Both the position numbers and the translations under genes were made by a program. Of a stretch of DNA of 64,000 nt, positions 60,959 to 64,000 are shown piece by piece. Within the stretch, counting starts at the first letter, position 1, and each line of letters begins with the position of its first letter. This DNA is from Oculina patagonica (Eukaryota): NCBI RefSeq assembly GCF_052425735.1, contig NC_135764.1, forward strand, positions 6,696,001 through 6,760,000. The letters run 5' to 3'. The notes below the pieces were generated by a model, which was not told the origin of the DNA, searched no databases, and saw only the letters and a list, made by a program, of their open reading frames with translations.

Positions 60959-63792
60959 ATGTTTTCGACGCTACTGATAACGTCCGCATTCTGTGCGATT
61001 TTGCCTTTGGTGAAGTTAGTAACAGTGCCCACAAATTATGGAGACATCGAAGGTGTTACGACTCCATACCCTGACGCCACTGGCCCGTTCAAGTCGGTCA
61101 GCAAGTTTCTTGGCGTTCCTTTCGCCGCTCCGCCGATTGGAGAGCTCAGACTAAAGCCACCACAACCGCCACAAGAGTGGAAGCCAAACGTTCGCCAAGC
61201 GAAAACGCATGGGGACGTTTGTTGGCAAGGTGACGACTTTGAATTCTTCATCAAGATATTCACTCCAGTTTTCTCATATAGCGAGGATTGCTTGTATCTC
61301 GACGTCTTCAGCCCGAACGTCAACATGACTTTACCCGTGCTGGTTTATATCCACGGTGGCGGCTACGAGGGCGGTACATCAAGAATATTCCCCAGCGATA
61401 TCTTGGCTTTGCACGGTGTGGTGGTAGTTGTGATCCAATATCGTCTCGGTCCATTTGGTTTCCTCACAACCGGAGATTCTGCAGCCCCTGGAAATTTCGG
61501 GATGCTAGATCAGGTTCAAGCACTGAAATGGGTCAAAGAAAACATTGAACATTTTGGCGGGGACCCCGAGAAGGTGACCATATTTGGAGAAAGCGCTGGT
61601 GCAACGAGTGTAACCCTACATCTGTTTTCTCCGCTATCAGATGGACTCTTCCACCAAGTCATTGCAGAGAGCGGTGTAGATTTGTCTCCCTTTGCAATTC
61701 AACCCGTTTCTTATGGCCTCCGTTTCGCCAAAGAGCTTGCTGAAAAGCTGGATTGTAGCACAAGCGACCACGAAGCAATGGTTGACTGCATACGCGAGAA
61801 GAAAGGCGCGGACATACAGAAAGCTTCCGAGTCAATAAACTATCGCTTCTACGATTATCTGCGCTGGTCCCCAGTTGTGGACAAACACTTTCTTCTTGAC
61901 ACGCCTCGAAATCTGCGAAAAAAAGGAGAATTCAAGAAAGTGAAGTTGATGATCAGTTTCAACAGTCATGAGGGTTCAACCACCCTTGGTGTGATGGCAA
62001 AATCATCTTTTGATTTGACAGACAGTGTGGACGATGGAGTGAGCCTTTCCATCTTCAAGAAGTTTGTAAAACAGCTTGCCTATGCTAGAACCAACGGAAC
62101 CAACGAGTGAGTAGCAATGATGCTTTTGTGTTTGACTTTGCCGTTTATTTTAAATTGAGGTCATTGGACCTTGTGTGAAAACAAATTCATGCTTATCCTA
62201 GGAATCGTGGTTTGAACAACACAATTTACATAGCGTAATAAACCTGCATTCCAAACTTAATAAAATACCTAATTAAAGGGACAGTGTCACCCTGAGTTAG
62301 TGCTACTTGAAAATGCAATGAGGGTGTTGGTCATAATGGCCTAGCTGACATTGCTAAAATGTACTGCACTAATCATGAAAATTGTTCAAAGATGGTTTGG
62401 CTACCGACGGATATGACAGTAGCGATTTAAAACTTTTAAGATTGTTTCCGCACAATTTTCGAGCAATACAGGCAAAAATAAAGTTACCAAAAAAGCCCTC
62501 TTAGCATGGCAACAGCTTTAGTACAGCTAACAAAAACCTGCCAAAAATTTAGCACTAAAGCTGACCCCGCGAGAGAAAAATGGATTTGAAGTTGTCTTTA
62601 TTTCAGTTAAAGCGGACGTTTTGCGCCAGTTCAAAACAAAATAGCGCGCGTTTTATACATTTTTCGAGGTTTGACTTTAATTTTCTCGAGAATGCTTTAG
62701 AATTTAATTGCGGGGTCACTAAGACAAATGAATTTCGATGAGATCTTTTAAATAGTATACAAAATGTTGCCGTGCAATGAGTAGATTTTTGGTACTTAAT
62801 TTTCGCACTCATTGCTCGAACTTTGAGCGGAATCCGTCTTAAAACGTCTGACAGACGTTTTCAAATTAAACATTTATTCCATCTATTCACACCTTTTAGA
62901 ATGGATTATGCTTTTCTTTGTTGTTCAAAGGCTTTGTTGTTGTTTTTTTTTTTAATGTTTTGTTGTTTATCACTAAGTGCGCCCTCATAATTCTATCAAA
63001 GTTAACACCAAAACGTAAAAGAATTACCGTAATACTGTCACTTTAAGCAGCTCTATATTGTGCAAGTGAACACAATAGAGTATCTATTTCGCCCGTCTTA
63101 CTCCAATCCTATCAATTTCTCTATGCCTTTGATTACCTTTTGCAACAAAATGACTTTGTTTCCCGTTCTTTAGAAATAAAACTGGTGACCTTATCGCAGA
63201 CGCGTTGGAGTTCATGTACACCCCATGGCCTGACAACAGTGATAAATACGCACTAAGAAGCCAACTTGTGGACCTCATCGGTGATTATATCTACTTTGCA
63301 CCAAGTCACGAGGTCGCCGATATTCACAGCAAAGTCGCTCCGGTGTACATGTACGAGTTCGCCCATCGGCCGAAAAACGCCAGCATTTACCCTGAGTGGA
63401 TGGGTGTGGTTCATGGCGAAAACGTGGGTTTCGACTTTGGAACTCCGCTTTATTTTCCCAATTATGACGAGGCCGATAAAAATGTCAGTTTGTTTATAAT
63501 GGCAGCATACGCAAACTTCGCCTGGTTCGGCAATCCAACACAAACGCCAGTCAGCGGTGTCACGTGGGAGAGGTACAGCACGAATACCCAAGCTTACCTG
63601 CGAATTGATGCTCATCCCAAGATGGAGACGGCGTTTGCTGCACGTCGAATGGCTTTTTGGAATGACTACTATCCTAAGCTGCAGGAAGTGAAGTTTGACA
63701 CCGAAAAAGAAGTACCTAAGGCTGGTAGCTCTAATGTTGCCATGACAATGTTTCTTCAGGTTGGACTTCTCGTTATTTTGGCACTGTTCTAA
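60959..63792 (+). CDS. Carboxylesterase/cholinesterase-like copy 9 (GESAG type); exons 60959..62106 and 63174..63792 (588 aa)
   Basis: ATG at 60959; FGESAG, NSHEG, WMGVVHG; splice GA|GTGAGT ... TTTAG|A; hydrophobic tail. Confidence 0.93.
62440..62838. mobile_element. TTAA-flanked MITE in the copy 9 intron
   Basis: TTAA-GATTGTTTCCGC..TCGAGCAAT / ATTGCTCGA..GCGGAATCCGTC-TTAA; absent in the copy 8 intron (~57890). Confidence 0.75.
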
Positions 63793-64000
63793 ATTTCACA
63801 TGTAGGACCTCGCTAGGATTTTATGACTTCCTTAGTTTAAAATTAGCGTTCTCAGTTTTATAAAGGGACTATGTCACGGATTTTAACAGATTTTTGAACA
63901 GCCAAAATTCATATTTGTGTCATAGGAAACTTAAAAATAATGGTCCATTATTATAAACAATTGATATTTTAGAACACTAAAACTTTTTAAAGACTCGTTT

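Overview
Eukaryotic (animal) genomic DNA. The repeat landscape looks cnidarian, probably a stony coral, but that is inference from recalled repeat families, not a database result. The window is a head-to-tail tandem array of nine paralogous two-exon type-B carboxylesterase/cholinesterase-like genes on the + strand. Each has a signal peptide, a GxSAG nucleophile, an SxEG acid, a WMGVxHG histidine and a hydrophobic GPI/TM-type tail, with one phase-2 intron. Copy 1 is cut by the window start, copy 8 is a pseudogene (484-bp exon-2 deletion), and there are two gene relics (an extra 3' end at ~1.2 kb and an orphan promoter plus ATG at ~40.0 kb). Paralogs differ mainly at predicted active-site-gorge positions and show mosaic ancestry. 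Intergenic and intronic DNA is dense in mobile elements: an inverted pair of Penelope-like RT/GIY-YIG copies with hammerhead ribozymes and an extra C2H2 finger, nested in a 5.35-kb insertion with a 13-bp TSD; a 4-kb element with ~580-bp TIRs; L2-like and L1/Tx1-like fragments; tRNA-derived SINEs; and many MITEs whose TSDs can be checked against empty sites in the paralogous repeats. Two N-gaps lie at 21801-22022 and 25786-25943.
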